Shown: piece by piece, positions 43,065 to 51,779 of the stretch
Numbering within the stretch: position 1 is the first letter of the stretch
How the letters are laid out: every line of letters starts with the position of its first letter
From: Verrucomicrobiota bacterium
GTDB lineage: Bacteria > Verrucomicrobiota > Verrucomicrobiia > Limisphaerales > UBA1100
Reading direction: 5' to 3'
Length of the DNA: 64,000 nucleotides
NCBI GenBank assembly: GCA_030747505.1
Contig: JASLKQ010000002.1
Span: 17,549-81,548 of the forward strand
Program-made: the position numbers and the translations under genes
Notes under the pieces: generated by a model
Told to the model about the DNA's origin: nothing
The model's input: the letters and a program-made list of their open reading frames with translations, nothing else
Database searches by the model: none

Positions 43065-44010
43065 GTGCCCCGTACAAGATAATAAGCCAGGTGAAATATA
43101 CAGCCAGCATAAACACAGGTAAAAGACCCAGGCTTCCGCCGTAGGTTTTGGCGTAGAGATTGTTTTTCATGAGAATATGCGAAACATACATGGCACTGAG
43201 TAAATGGTTTAATTGCCATAAGGTGCCGGCCACAAGGCCTCCCCAAACCGCTGCGCTCCATGAGACGGCCATGTTTGGAATAAGCTTATAGAGGAAAGTG
43301 AGCCCGGCCATGGCCAGTAGTAATGGGACCAGTGTGGTGAATGCGCTACCCAGTTCTCTGAGCTGATTGCTTAATTCGTTGAAATAGCCGCCGTGAGTGA
43401 GGGCAAATGCAATAATGATACAGCCCGGGCCCAGAATCAACGGCACGGAAAATTTCAAGATCTGAGAGTACCACACACGTGATCTGCGGATACTAAAGAG
43501 ATCATTAAACGTATCCTCTAACTGCATAACCACCAGCAGGCCAAGATAGACGAAGACTATGGCTGAAAGGATTCCGGTTTTGTCCGGTCGAATTTGGCTG
43601 GCCAGATTGTTAATGAAGTTAATGATGTTTTCACCGAGGTTGGTTCGAATTTCCTCAATTTTTGCTTCCACCGCCGGGTTCTCCTGATTTGTTGAAGCAG
43701 GGAGGACGCTGACAATGACTTTGCTCACAAATTTTTGGACCGACTCCGATTTATCGTTTGTCGCCGCAGCGGTGATGGCTGTTGCCAATGCCAGAACGGG
43801 GACCAGTGCCAGGAGGGAATTGAATGCCAGTGCGGCTGCTCGCATGTAACAGCGCTCCTCATCAAACTTACGGTAGGCAAGCAGGATGAAGCGCGCCACG
43901 CGCATCCAGCGTTTAGGCAGCACCTCCCGACTTTCCTTGTCACAAACCCTCTTGAGATCTTCACGGAAGATCTTCCATGGATTGGGGATATGGGGTAGCG
44001 GGTTTTCCAT
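42964..44010 (-). CDS. yihY: YihY/BrkB family inner-membrane protein
   Basis: RAAALAFNSLLALVPVLAL and a six-TM pattern, with the typical YAKTYGSLG-like segment (YAKTYGGSLGLLPVFMLAVYFTWLIILYGA). Confidence 0.85.
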   Translation of the reverse strand: MENPLPHIPNPWKIFREDLKRVCDKESREVLPKRWMRVARFILLAYRKFDEERCYMRAAALAFNSLLALVPVLALATAITAAATNDKSESVQKFVSKVIVSVLPASTNQENPAVEAKIEEIRTNLGENIINFINNLASQIRPDKTGILSAIVFVYLGLLVVMQLEDTFNDLFSIRRSRVWYSQILKFSVPLILGPGCIIIAFALTHGGYFNELSNQLRELGSAFTTLVPLLLAMAGLTFLYKLIPNMAVSWSAAVWGGLVAGTLWQLNHLLSAMYVSHILMKNNLYAKTYGGSLGLLPVFMLAVYFTWLIILYGALVAARVQYHSSPLKESVEDKDAEPEKPSEAKTG

Positions 44011-44111
44011 GGACAGGAGATTTATAGCAAAAAAAAAGGCTTACGACAATTTTGGATCCATCCAGTTTGAGTTTGTAAAACAGTCTATTTTCTGGTCTAC
44101 TCTTCGACCGG

Positions 44112-47100
44112 ATGGCGGGTAAGGAGGCTCCCACAAGGGAATCAACCAAGGGAGGCGCCAATGAGGTTCTGGGTATCGGCTTATTTGCTTTGGCTATCCT
44201 GTTCCTGTTGGCCCTATTCTCATATGACAAGGGCGATCTGTTGTTTAACGGCACGGAGGTCAATGATCCTCGTCATAATCTTACAGGTATCTTCGGTGCG
44301 TGGTTGGCACAGGGGTGTTTTTTAGCCTTGGGTGTATCAGCCTATCTTCTGCCTCCGTTGACTCTGGTTTTTGCGTTCGGATTTTTAATCAACAAACTGG
44401 AAGGCTTACGCAAGCGCTGGCCTTGGGCTCTGGCGATGATTCTGGCTGGGTCAGCTGGGTTGAGTCTATATCCGAATCTTTTTGGGGGAATAGCCGATCA
44501 GCTAAACACGGTTGATGCAGGGGGTTACATGGGCATGCTGCTCAACAAGGCAATCTTTCAGCATGTGGGCACCGCGGGGGCAACCGTAATTCTTCTTGCG
44601 ATCTACGCTGTGAGCTTGCTCTACATCACTAATTTCCATCTAAAGGATTGGTTAAGGGAAGTATGGCAGCGATGGAAATTGCGCCGCATAGATCGTTCTC
44701 AGCCTCTGGCAGAGGAAGAGGTGAATCTTTCCAGGAAAGAAGATGAATTAACCCAACGCGTAAACGAACTTCAGGAATTGCAACGCAAACTTGAGGCGAC
44801 CCAGTCTCAGGTGGAGCAGACTGCTTTGGCCGCTGAGGAGACTGTGGCTGCCGCACAGGAAGATCCGCGCATTATTGATCTCAGCCAGCCTGGTTCACGC
44901 CAGCCAGGGCAAGAGAATGAATCCGAGGATCAAGAGGAGTCAGTAGACAAGTCTAAACGACAGCTGGCGGCGATCATGTTCACCGATATTGCCGGTTACA
45001 GCCGGATGGCTAATCATGATGAAAAAGCGGCTCTGAAACTTATTAAAAAACAACGTCGCTTACTCAAGCCGATTGTCAAAAAATTTGATGGTGAATGGCT
45101 CAAAGAAATTGGTGATGGTTTGCTCCTGAGTTTTGATAGTTCCATTAACGCTGTGGATTGTGCCATTGCTATCCAGGAGAAACTCCGTGGTGAGCCGCAT
45201 TTGGATCTGCGGATTGGATTGCATCAGGGTGACATTGTTCGTGATGGGAAGGATGTTTTGGGTGATGGGGTTAATATTGCCTCAAGGATTGAGCCTTATG
45301 CTCCAATTGGGGGAGTTGCTCTGTCAGAAAAAATTCAGCAGGATCTCATTAGTCAGCCGGAGTACGATGTGCAGCTACTGGGTGAATTTGCCCTTGAAGG
45401 AGTGGATCAGCGGGTGGAGGTGTACACGCTTAATACCAACTCCGAAGAACTGGAGGAAACCCAACTAATCGAACCTGAAGAAACATTGTTGCCGCCAGAC
45501 GTGGTGGAGAGTGATGAGGCAGGTCCTTCCGAAGAATTGAAGGAGAACCTTGATGTTGCTCCTGCCACATCTGAAGAAGTCCTAGGCGTTTCAAATCCGG
45601 ACGTTGATGAGGGCACCGAATCTTCGGTTCATATTGCTGAACCTGTTTCTAGTACAGGACCTTTGCAGCAACCTAAAACCCGCAAGCCCAAGGCGACACG
45701 TGTTGATCGCGGTCCGTTAATTGAGAATTACAACCTGCCGCCGGCTGATTTTTTACAGGCTCCGGAGTATAACGCGGCTCCAGTAGATTCCACGGAAGAG
45801 CTCAAGGCACAGGCTATTACCATTCAAAAAACTCTCAATCAATTTGGGGTGGAGGTAGCTCTTGGAGACATTACCAAGGGACCAACGATTACCCGCTTTG
45901 AATTACACCCGGCTCCGGGTGTCAAAATGGAAAAGATTACGGCATACGCCAACAACATTACCGCCGCTCTGGAAGCCGAGCGTATAAATATTCTTGCTCC
46001 GGTTCCAGGCAAGAGCACGGTGGGAGTGGAAGTGCCTAATCAGGTGAAGACCAAGGTCATCATGCGAGACTTGCTCGAGAGTGATGAATGGAAGAAGAGT
46101 AAGGCAAAAATTCCTGTGGCTTTGGGAAAAGACGTGTATGGAAAACCAATGATCGCCGATTTGGCGGAGATGCCCCATTTATTGATCGCTGGGGCAACAG
46201 GGGCCGGTAAGAGCGTTTGTATGAATAGTATTATCGCCTCTTTGCTCTACAAGTTTTCACCCGACGAATTGCGTTTGGTAATGATCGACCCCAAGGTTGT
46301 GGAGTTGCAGATGTATAATAAGTTGCCGCATCTGGTGGTTCCGGTAGTGACAGATCCAAAGAAGGTGATTCTTGCATTACGATGGGTGGTGCAGGAGATG
46401 GAAAAACGCTATAAGATTTTCGCGCAGGAGAACGTGAAAAATGTGCATGCTTTCAATAAGCGTTCCTCAAATAAACCTAAACAGGAGGCTGAGCCTGAGC
46501 TGCCGCTTTTCGGTGGCGGAAGGGATCGTGTGGAGGCGGGATCTGAGGGGTTTGCTGTAGAGGTGGATGAAGAGATTGCCGTGCCGCGTGAGGAGGAACT
46601 CGAGATTCCTGATAAGCTGAGTTATATTGTTGTGGTTATTGATGAATTGGCTGATCTGATGCTGACCGCTCCAGCTGATGTGGAAAATGCCATTGCGCGG
46701 ATCACACAGATGGCGCGCGCGGCTGGCATTCACTGTATTGTGGCTACTCAACGCCCGAGCGTGAAGGTGATCACCGGTGTTATTAAAGCCAACATTCCCT
46801 CGCGGATTGCTTTTCAGGTGGCGTCTAAGATCGATAGCCGCGTGATTCTTGATGAGATGGGGGCGGAGAAACTACTAGGTAAAGGCGATATGCTCTATCA
46901 GCCTCCGGGGGCTCCCAAACCCATTCGTGCTCAAGGGCCGTTGGTGGAGGATCATGAAATTGAAAAGATCGTCGACTTTATTGCCGAGCAGGGCAAGCCG
47001 AGCTACGAATTGGAAATTCACAAACAGCTCTCCAAGCCTATGGCTGTTCTCGATGCTGCTCCCAGTGACGAAGAGGAGGAACTCATTCAGCAATGCATCG

Positions 47101-47309
47101 AAGTGATCCGTAGTGAGCAAAAGGCAAGTGTTTCCAAGCTGCAGCGGCGCCTTCGCCTTGGGTATAATCGGGCCGCGCGATTGATGGACGAACTGGAGGA
47201 TCGCGGTATTGTTGGTCCGGCCCAGGGGAATGAACCGCGCGAGATTTTGATTGATCTGGATGGGACGGGTGCCGATGGCCGGGGTCAAACAGTCCACTCG
47301 GTGGTGTAA
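44112..47309 (+). CDS. ftsK: DNA translocase FtsK with an embedded class III nucleotidyl cyclase domain
   Basis: N-terminal 4-TM FtsK anchor. Motor with Walker A LLIAGATGAGKSV, Walker B VVVIDELADL and ATQRPS. Gamma winged helix VSKLQRRLRLGYNRAARLMDELEDRGIVGP. A coiled coil and a cyclase homology domain lie between the anchor and the motor. Confidence 0.93.
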   Translation: MAGKEAPTRESTKGGANEVLGIGLFALAILFLLALFSYDKGDLLFNGTEVNDPRHNLTGIFGAWLAQGCFLALGVSAYLLPPLTLVFAFGFLINKLEGLRKRWPWALAMILAGSAGLSLYPNLFGGIADQLNTVDAGGYMGMLLNKAIFQHVGTAGATVILLAIYAVSLLYITNFHLKDWLREVWQRWKLRRIDRSQPLAEEEVNLSRKEDELTQRVNELQELQRKLEATQSQVEQTALAAEETVAAAQEDPRIIDLSQPGSRQPGQENESEDQEESVDKSKRQLAAIMFTDIAGYSRMANHDEKAALKLIKKQRRLLKPIVKKFDGEWLKEIGDGLLLSFDSSINAVDCAIAIQEKLRGEPHLDLRIGLHQGDIVRDGKDVLGDGVNIASRIEPYAPIGGVALSEKIQQDLISQPEYDVQLLGEFALEGVDQRVEVYTLNTNSEELEETQLIEPEETLLPPDVVESDEAGPSEELKENLDVAPATSEEVLGVSNPDVDEGTESSVHIAEPVSSTGPLQQPKTRKPKATRVDRGPLIENYNLPPADFLQAPEYNAAPVDSTEELKAQAITIQKTLNQFGVEVALGDITKGPTITRFELHPAPGVKMEKITAYANNITAALEAERINILAPVPGKSTVGVEVPNQVKTKVIMRDLLESDEWKKSKAKIPVALGKDVYGKPMIADLAEMPHLLIAGATGAGKSVCMNSIIASLLYKFSPDELRLVMIDPKVVELQMYNKLPHLVVPVVTDPKKVILALRWVVQEMEKRYKIFAQENVKNVHAFNKRSSNKPKQEAEPELPLFGGGRDRVEAGSEGFAVEVDEEIAVPREEELEIPDKLSYIVVVIDELADLMLTAPADVENAIARITQMARAAGIHCIVATQRPSVKVITGVIKANIPSRIAFQVASKIDSRVILDEMGAEKLLGKGDMLYQPPGAPKPIRAQGPLVEDHEIEKIVDFIAEQGKPSYELEIHKQLSKPMAVLDAAPSDEEEELIQQCIEVIRSEQKASVSKLQRRLRLGYNRAARLMDELEDRGIVGPAQGNEPREILIDLDGTGADGRGQTVHSVV
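44958..45431 (+). other. Class III adenylyl/guanylyl cyclase homology domain (aa ~283-440 of FtsK)
   Basis: RQLAAIMFTDIAGYSRM, WLKEIGDGLLLSF, LRIGLHQGDIV, GKDVLGDGVNIASRIE. By-eye alignment to the CHD consensus places all six canonical residues: D292 and D335 (metal), K331 and D381 (adenine-type specificity), N388 and R392. Confidence 0.8.
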
Positions 47310-47350
47310 TTTTCTTTGCCGGCACGGGGCGAAGGCGTAGATTGATCTCA

Positions 47351-48073
47351 ATGGCCGAACTACCAAATATTCAACGTAACTACAAGGTTTGGGCGGCCGA
47401 TGATGTGGTGTATGGTCCGATTGATTTTCCGTTGCTTTCCCAGTGGGTTCGAGAGGCTAGGGTAACTCATGAAAATTGGATTTACACCGAGCAGACTGAA
47501 AGCTGGTCGCGTGCGGCCGCCTTGCCTGAGTTGCGTCTCCATTTCGAGGAAGCTGAAGAGATGCTCAAGCCGGGCACCATTCTTGGTTCCACCGATCCTC
47601 TGATTCCAGGAGTGCCAGTAGGCACGCTTCAAGAGGTGGAGATTTTTAAGGACATGACAGATCGTCAGCGGGGACGGTTTGCCCAATGCATGGAGGTGCA
47701 GAAGTTCACGAAATTTGAAACATTGGTCAAAGAGGGCGATCGCGGAGGGGCCATGTACATCATTTTGGAGGGAGTGGTTCGGGTGCGAAAAATGATTGGG
47801 GGCCGTGAAGACGTTTTGGCAACACTGAGTGCGGGTGAAATGTTTGGAGAGATGTCCCTGTTTGATGCTGAGAAGCGCTCGGCTGATGTCGTGGCTAATA
47901 GTGAAGGAGTTTTGCTGCGCCTGAGTGAGAAGGTGATGAAGGAAATGGTCGATAAACAGGCTGATGTCGTGGTGCCCTTTTTGGTGGAAGTAGCGAAGAA
48001 ACTAGCTGACCGCATTCGTGCTGACAATGAGCGGCATAAAAAAGATACGATTCTCAGGCAGTCTTATCATTAG
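47351..48073 (+). CDS. GYF_2 (DUF4339)-like domain plus cyclic nucleotide-binding (CAP_ED) domain protein
   Basis: N-terminal YKVWAADDVVYGPIDFPLLSQWVREARV...WIYTEQTESW. C-terminal cNMP cassette GGAMYIILEGVVRV...FGEMSLFDAEKRSADVVA with the conserved phosphate-binding Arg. I prefer the ATG at 47351 to the TTG at 47342. Confidence 0.85.
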   Translation: MAELPNIQRNYKVWAADDVVYGPIDFPLLSQWVREARVTHENWIYTEQTESWSRAAALPELRLHFEEAEEMLKPGTILGSTDPLIPGVPVGTLQEVEIFKDMTDRQRGRFAQCMEVQKFTKFETLVKEGDRGGAMYIILEGVVRVRKMIGGREDVLATLSAGEMFGEMSLFDAEKRSADVVANSEGVLLRLSEKVMKEMVDKQADVVVPFLVEVAKKLADRIRADNERHKKDTILRQSYH

Positions 48074-48075
48074 GC

Positions 48076-48858
48076 TCAAACTTCGATTAGGTCGCCATCA
48101 TTGAGGAATGTGTGCGGCAGGTTGCCCAAGATCGATTTGGCTTGGGTTTTCAGTTCATCAATTTTTTTGCGATATGGTCGGGAGAGGTGCATGAAAGCCA
48201 CCTGTCTGATTTCCTTTCCTGCCAAGTAAGTAAATAGTTCCTTTGGTTCAACATGTGCCAGTTCGCAGACCAGCAGGTCAACCGGCTGTGAGAGGAGGGG
48301 GTCAAGGTCCGCAAGACTGCCGATATCCGCACTATGAGCTACCCGTGCTTCCTCTGATTCGAGAAGAAAACTAAAAGCTTCGTATTTGGCAGGATACTTT
48401 TTTACGAAGTGTTCCTTCAATTGATCTAAATGCGAGGAAGGGTGAGGAGTCACGCGTATATCGGATACCTTAAAGGAGGTATCTGCAGTAAGGGCAGTAA
48501 AATTCAGCTCGCAAGGCATGAGCTCCTCAAAGATATAGGCTGCATCAAGCATCCGGCGAACAGGTTCTAACCCCTCTTCAGGCATGTGTACAGTGAGGGG
48601 TCTGGTGCGTTGATCGAGCCAGAAACCTTGCATGAGCATAAAAAACCCGCCCACATGATCACAATGGAGATGACTTAATAGCAACCCATCCAGATCGTCG
48701 GGTTTAACCTCGGCTGAGCGCAGGCTACGTCCTACCGGTTCACCACAGTCAACTAGCAGTGTGGAATTTCCAAGGCGATAGAGGAATGCTGAGTGACCAC
48801 GCTGGTCGCTGGTCCATCCGTCATTGGTGCCGAGTGCATGGAGGGAGGCCTGACTCAT
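48076..48858 (-). CDS. MBL-fold metallo-hydrolase (RNase Z/beta-lactamase-like)
   Basis: HxHxDH motif in LLLSHLHCDHVGG, with downstream His/Asp ligand positions (VAHSADIG, ELAHVE). Confidence 0.8.
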   Translation of the reverse strand: MSQASLHALGTNDGWTSDQRGHSAFLYRLGNSTLLVDCGEPVGRSLRSAEVKPDDLDGLLLSHLHCDHVGGFFMLMQGFWLDQRTRPLTVHMPEEGLEPVRRMLDAAYIFEELMPCELNFTALTADTSFKVSDIRVTPHPSSHLDQLKEHFVKKYPAKYEAFSFLLESEEARVAHSADIGSLADLDPLLSQPVDLLVCELAHVEPKELFTYLAGKEIRQVAFMHLSRPYRKKIDELKTQAKSILGNLPHTFLNDGDLIEV

Positions 48859-48980
48859 TAGCTTTCGGCGAAACTAGCCGAATCACATCCGCTTTGTAAA
48901 CGATTCATACGCTGACTGTTCACAGTTTGGTTGGAATAACTTTTGATCGGCAGTTGCGCAGCGCATTTTAAGTTCTGTAC

Positions 48981-49502
48981 GTGGCATCTATTGGTGATCA
49001 ATTAAGGCAGGCTCGGGAAGCCCAAGGACTTTCGGTTGCTGAGGTGGTGGAGCAAACCAAGCTGATGACGGACCAAATTCACGCTTTGGAAGCCGGAGAC
49101 TGGGGAGCGTTTGCTGCACCAGTTTATATGCGCGGGTTTGTGCGTAATTATGCGGGGCTCCTAAAGCTGGATGTGGAGGGGGTAATGAAGGGTCTTGAGG
49201 CAGAACTTGGGCAGGTCAAGCCTGAGGTTATTGGGGGGGGTGGGGAAATTCCGCTTCGGGCCGGTCTTCTGGATGGAGTGATGCTCCATTTTTCTGGAGT
49301 AAAGTGGAGGGCAGTCATACCTGTTTTTTTGGTCGTTGGTTTGGCTGTTGGCGTTTATCTGGGGCGTGAAGAGTGGCGTAAATATAAAAGCACCGATCCT
49401 CTTGAAGCCCTAGGTTCCGGGCTGAACGAAGAGACACTGGTTACTTCAGCTGATCAACTTCCCATTGAGTTGCCGGATTCTGGGGCTGCACGTTCGCAGT
49501 GA
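48981..49502 (+). CDS. RodZ-like helix-turn-helix membrane protein
   Basis: N-terminal HTH IGDQLRQAREAQGLSVAEVVEQTKLMTDQIHALEAGDW, then FVRNYAGLL and a single TM AVIPVFLVVGLAVGVYL. GTG start. Confidence 0.65.
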   Translation: MASIGDQLRQAREAQGLSVAEVVEQTKLMTDQIHALEAGDWGAFAAPVYMRGFVRNYAGLLKLDVEGVMKGLEAELGQVKPEVIGGGGEIPLRAGLLDGVMLHFSGVKWRAVIPVFLVVGLAVGVYLGREEWRKYKSTDPLEALGSGLNEETLVTSADQLPIELPDSGAARSQ

Positions 49503-49541
49503 ACTTGATTATCGTTTCGATTTACGTACGCTCACTGGCCT

Positions 49542-51113
49542 GTGCCCAACGCTGCTCAAAAGAAGTCCGAGACTGTTTCGTCTCCTCGAGTAGGAATGGT
49601 TTCGCTTGGGTGTGTGAAGAATCTGGCGGATGCTGAAGTGATGCTCGGCTCCTTGATGGCTGATGGAATAGAGATTACCAATGAACCTTCCGAGGCAGAT
49701 GCATTGATCGTTAACACCTGTTCCTTCATTAATTCGGCGCAAGAGGAGAGTGTGGATGCGATTCTTGAATCCTCTGAATTACGAGCGGTGCAGAGACCCG
49801 GTCAGGCGCTCATTGTTTCCGGTTGCCTTCCTCAACGCTTTCGCAAGGAGTTGCCCGATCTGATGCCGGAGGTGGACGCCTTTATGGGGGTAGATCAAAT
49901 TGCAGAGGTTCCGCGTATTATCCGGGAAGCGATTGACTGCCGCTCCAAAAAAACCAAAAAAAACAAAGATGAGCATTCCAACAAAAAGGCTAAGATAGCA
50001 CCGTTGGCGGAAATTAATTCGCGGCCACGGTATATTCCTGATGTTCAAACCCCGCGTTTTCGCCTAACCCCGTCCCATTTTGCTTATGTGAAAATTGCTG
50101 AAGGCTGCAATCATCCCTGTAGTTTTTGCATTATTCCACGCATGCGAGGCAGTCATCGGAGTCGACAACAGGCTGATATTGTCGAGGAAGCCAAAGGACT
50201 CATCTCTCAAGGAGTCAAGGAATTGAACCTCATTTCTCAGGATTCCACCTATTACGGTATGGATTTGGTTCCTGGCAATCGGCGTGGGAATTCTTCGCCC
50301 GGGAAATTTGCTGCCGTCAATTCGAGGTTATCACCGGATGCCTCCACATTGTGTTCCCTTCTCCGTGAGTTAAACCAGATTCCAGGCGATTTTTGGATCC
50401 GTTTACTTTACACGCATCCTGCCCATTGGACTGATGAATTGATACAAACGATTGCTGAATGTCCCAAGGTTGCACGTTATGTGGATATGCCGTTGCAACA
50501 CATTCACGACACTATGTTGGAACGTATGCGCCGCGAAACTGACGGGCAATACATTCGCGATCTCATCACCCGGATTCGCGAAGGTATTCCCGGCATCGCC
50601 ATACGCACGACATTTATCGTTGGGTTTCCCGGCGAAACCGACAAGCGTTTTGAGGCCTTAGTAGATTTTATTCGAGAAACCAAATTCGAACGCCTCGGGG
50701 TGTTTTCCTATTCGAAGGAAGAAGGGACTCGCGCTGGTGGCATGCGTGGGCAAGTTTCTGCAAAAGTGAAGGAGGCCCGGTGTGCTCAAGCAATGAATGA
50801 GCAAAAGAGAGTTGCACGCTCGATGGGTAAGGCGGCAAAGAATAAAAAGCTAAAGGTGATTGCAGAAAAAATGGCAACCGATAAGATTCTTAAAGGAGCC
50901 GATGTTCGCTCTTGGGAATATGGATTGGCTCGTGATGGCAACCGCAAGAGCCCAAAACTTACGGCTGATCAATATACCGTTGCTCGAGGGGAGACTGATG
51001 CTCCGGATATTGACGGGCGGGTTTATGTGCGGGGCGCATTGCCTTTGGGAGATTTTTCTTGGGTGCGCATAATTGGCCACACAGATTATGATTTAATTGC
51101 AGAACCAGTATAG
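49542..51113 (+). CDS. rimO: Ribosomal protein S12 methylthiotransferase
   Basis: MTTase N-domain VGMVSLGCVKNLADAE...VNTCSFI, radical-SAM CNHPCSFCIIP, LLYTHP, and a C-terminal TRAM-like region. It is longer than the E. coli enzyme. Confidence 0.9.
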   Translation: MPNAAQKKSETVSSPRVGMVSLGCVKNLADAEVMLGSLMADGIEITNEPSEADALIVNTCSFINSAQEESVDAILESSELRAVQRPGQALIVSGCLPQRFRKELPDLMPEVDAFMGVDQIAEVPRIIREAIDCRSKKTKKNKDEHSNKKAKIAPLAEINSRPRYIPDVQTPRFRLTPSHFAYVKIAEGCNHPCSFCIIPRMRGSHRSRQQADIVEEAKGLISQGVKELNLISQDSTYYGMDLVPGNRRGNSSPGKFAAVNSRLSPDASTLCSLLRELNQIPGDFWIRLLYTHPAHWTDELIQTIAECPKVARYVDMPLQHIHDTMLERMRRETDGQYIRDLITRIREGIPGIAIRTTFIVGFPGETDKRFEALVDFIRETKFERLGVFSYSKEEGTRAGGMRGQVSAKVKEARCAQAMNEQKRVARSMGKAAKNKKLKVIAEKMATDKILKGADVRSWEYGLARDGNRKSPKLTADQYTVARGETDAPDIDGRVYVRGALPLGDFSWVRIIGHTDYDLIAEPV

Positions 51114-51776
51114 ATGAACCTGCCTAACAAACTTACGACCTCTCGCTTCTTTATCACAATCGTGTTCGTGGTGGTGATGCTTTGGGATTCTCTGCCATAC
51201 AATACTTCTTGGGCAGCGCTGTTGTTTTTTATTGGAGGGATGACTGATATTTTGGATGGACACCTTGCCCGTAAGCACGGGTTGCAAACTGATTTTGGAG
51301 CGCTCATGGACCCTCTGGCTGATAAGATACTGGTTTGTGCTGGTTTTATTTTATTGGTAGGGATGAAAATGAATCCGCAAACACAACTAGGGGATTACCA
51401 ATTTCCGGAAGCCTTGGCGGTGCCGGGCAGGGAACTATTAATGCCCGCATGGATGGTGATTGTGATTGTGGCGCGTGAATTGGCAATTACCGGTCTGCGA
51501 CTCTTGGCGGCTAATAAACAAGTGGTGTTGCCTGCTGAGAACATAGGGAAGCGGAAGACAAATTTTCAGTTTGTGGCTGTGGTTTCCATGCTGATAATTA
51601 TCAGCTACCCTGGATGGGGCGAGGGGTGGGTTAATTTTTTCGGGTTTGAGATTGCCGGATGGCCATGGAGTATTTGGTTTACCTTTATTGCTACTTGGGG
51701 AGCTGTGGGACTCACACTGGTGTCAGGAGTCCATTATCTTTGGGTTAATCGTGATTTGTATCTGAAGGATATGTAG
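51114..51776 (+). CDS. pgsA: CDP-diacylglycerol--glycerol-3-phosphate 3-phosphatidyltransferase
   Basis: MNLPNKLTTSRF and the CDP-alcohol motif DILDGHLARKHGLQTDFGALMDPLADK. Confidence 0.9.
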   Translation: MNLPNKLTTSRFFITIVFVVVMLWDSLPYNTSWAALLFFIGGMTDILDGHLARKHGLQTDFGALMDPLADKILVCAGFILLVGMKMNPQTQLGDYQFPEALAVPGRELLMPAWMVIVIVARELAITGLRLLAANKQVVLPAENIGKRKTNFQFVAVVSMLIIISYPGWGEGWVNFFGFEIAGWPWSIWFTFIATWGAVGLTLVSGVHYLWVNRDLYLKDM

Positions 51777-51779
51777 GTC

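Noticed and set aside
48076-48858. The MBL-fold hydrolase convergent to the cNMP-binding gene as the phosphodiesterase that would complete a cyclase/receptor/PDE triad
   Set aside because: Its metal motif HLHCDHVGGFFM does not match the class II cAMP phosphodiesterase signature as I remember it (HxHLDH[LIVM]x[GS][LIVMA][LIVM][LIVM]xS[AP]). The gene is on the opposite strand. The generic HxHxDH motif is shared by RNase Z and many other hydrolases. It is worth an HMM check but is not supportable from the sequence alone.
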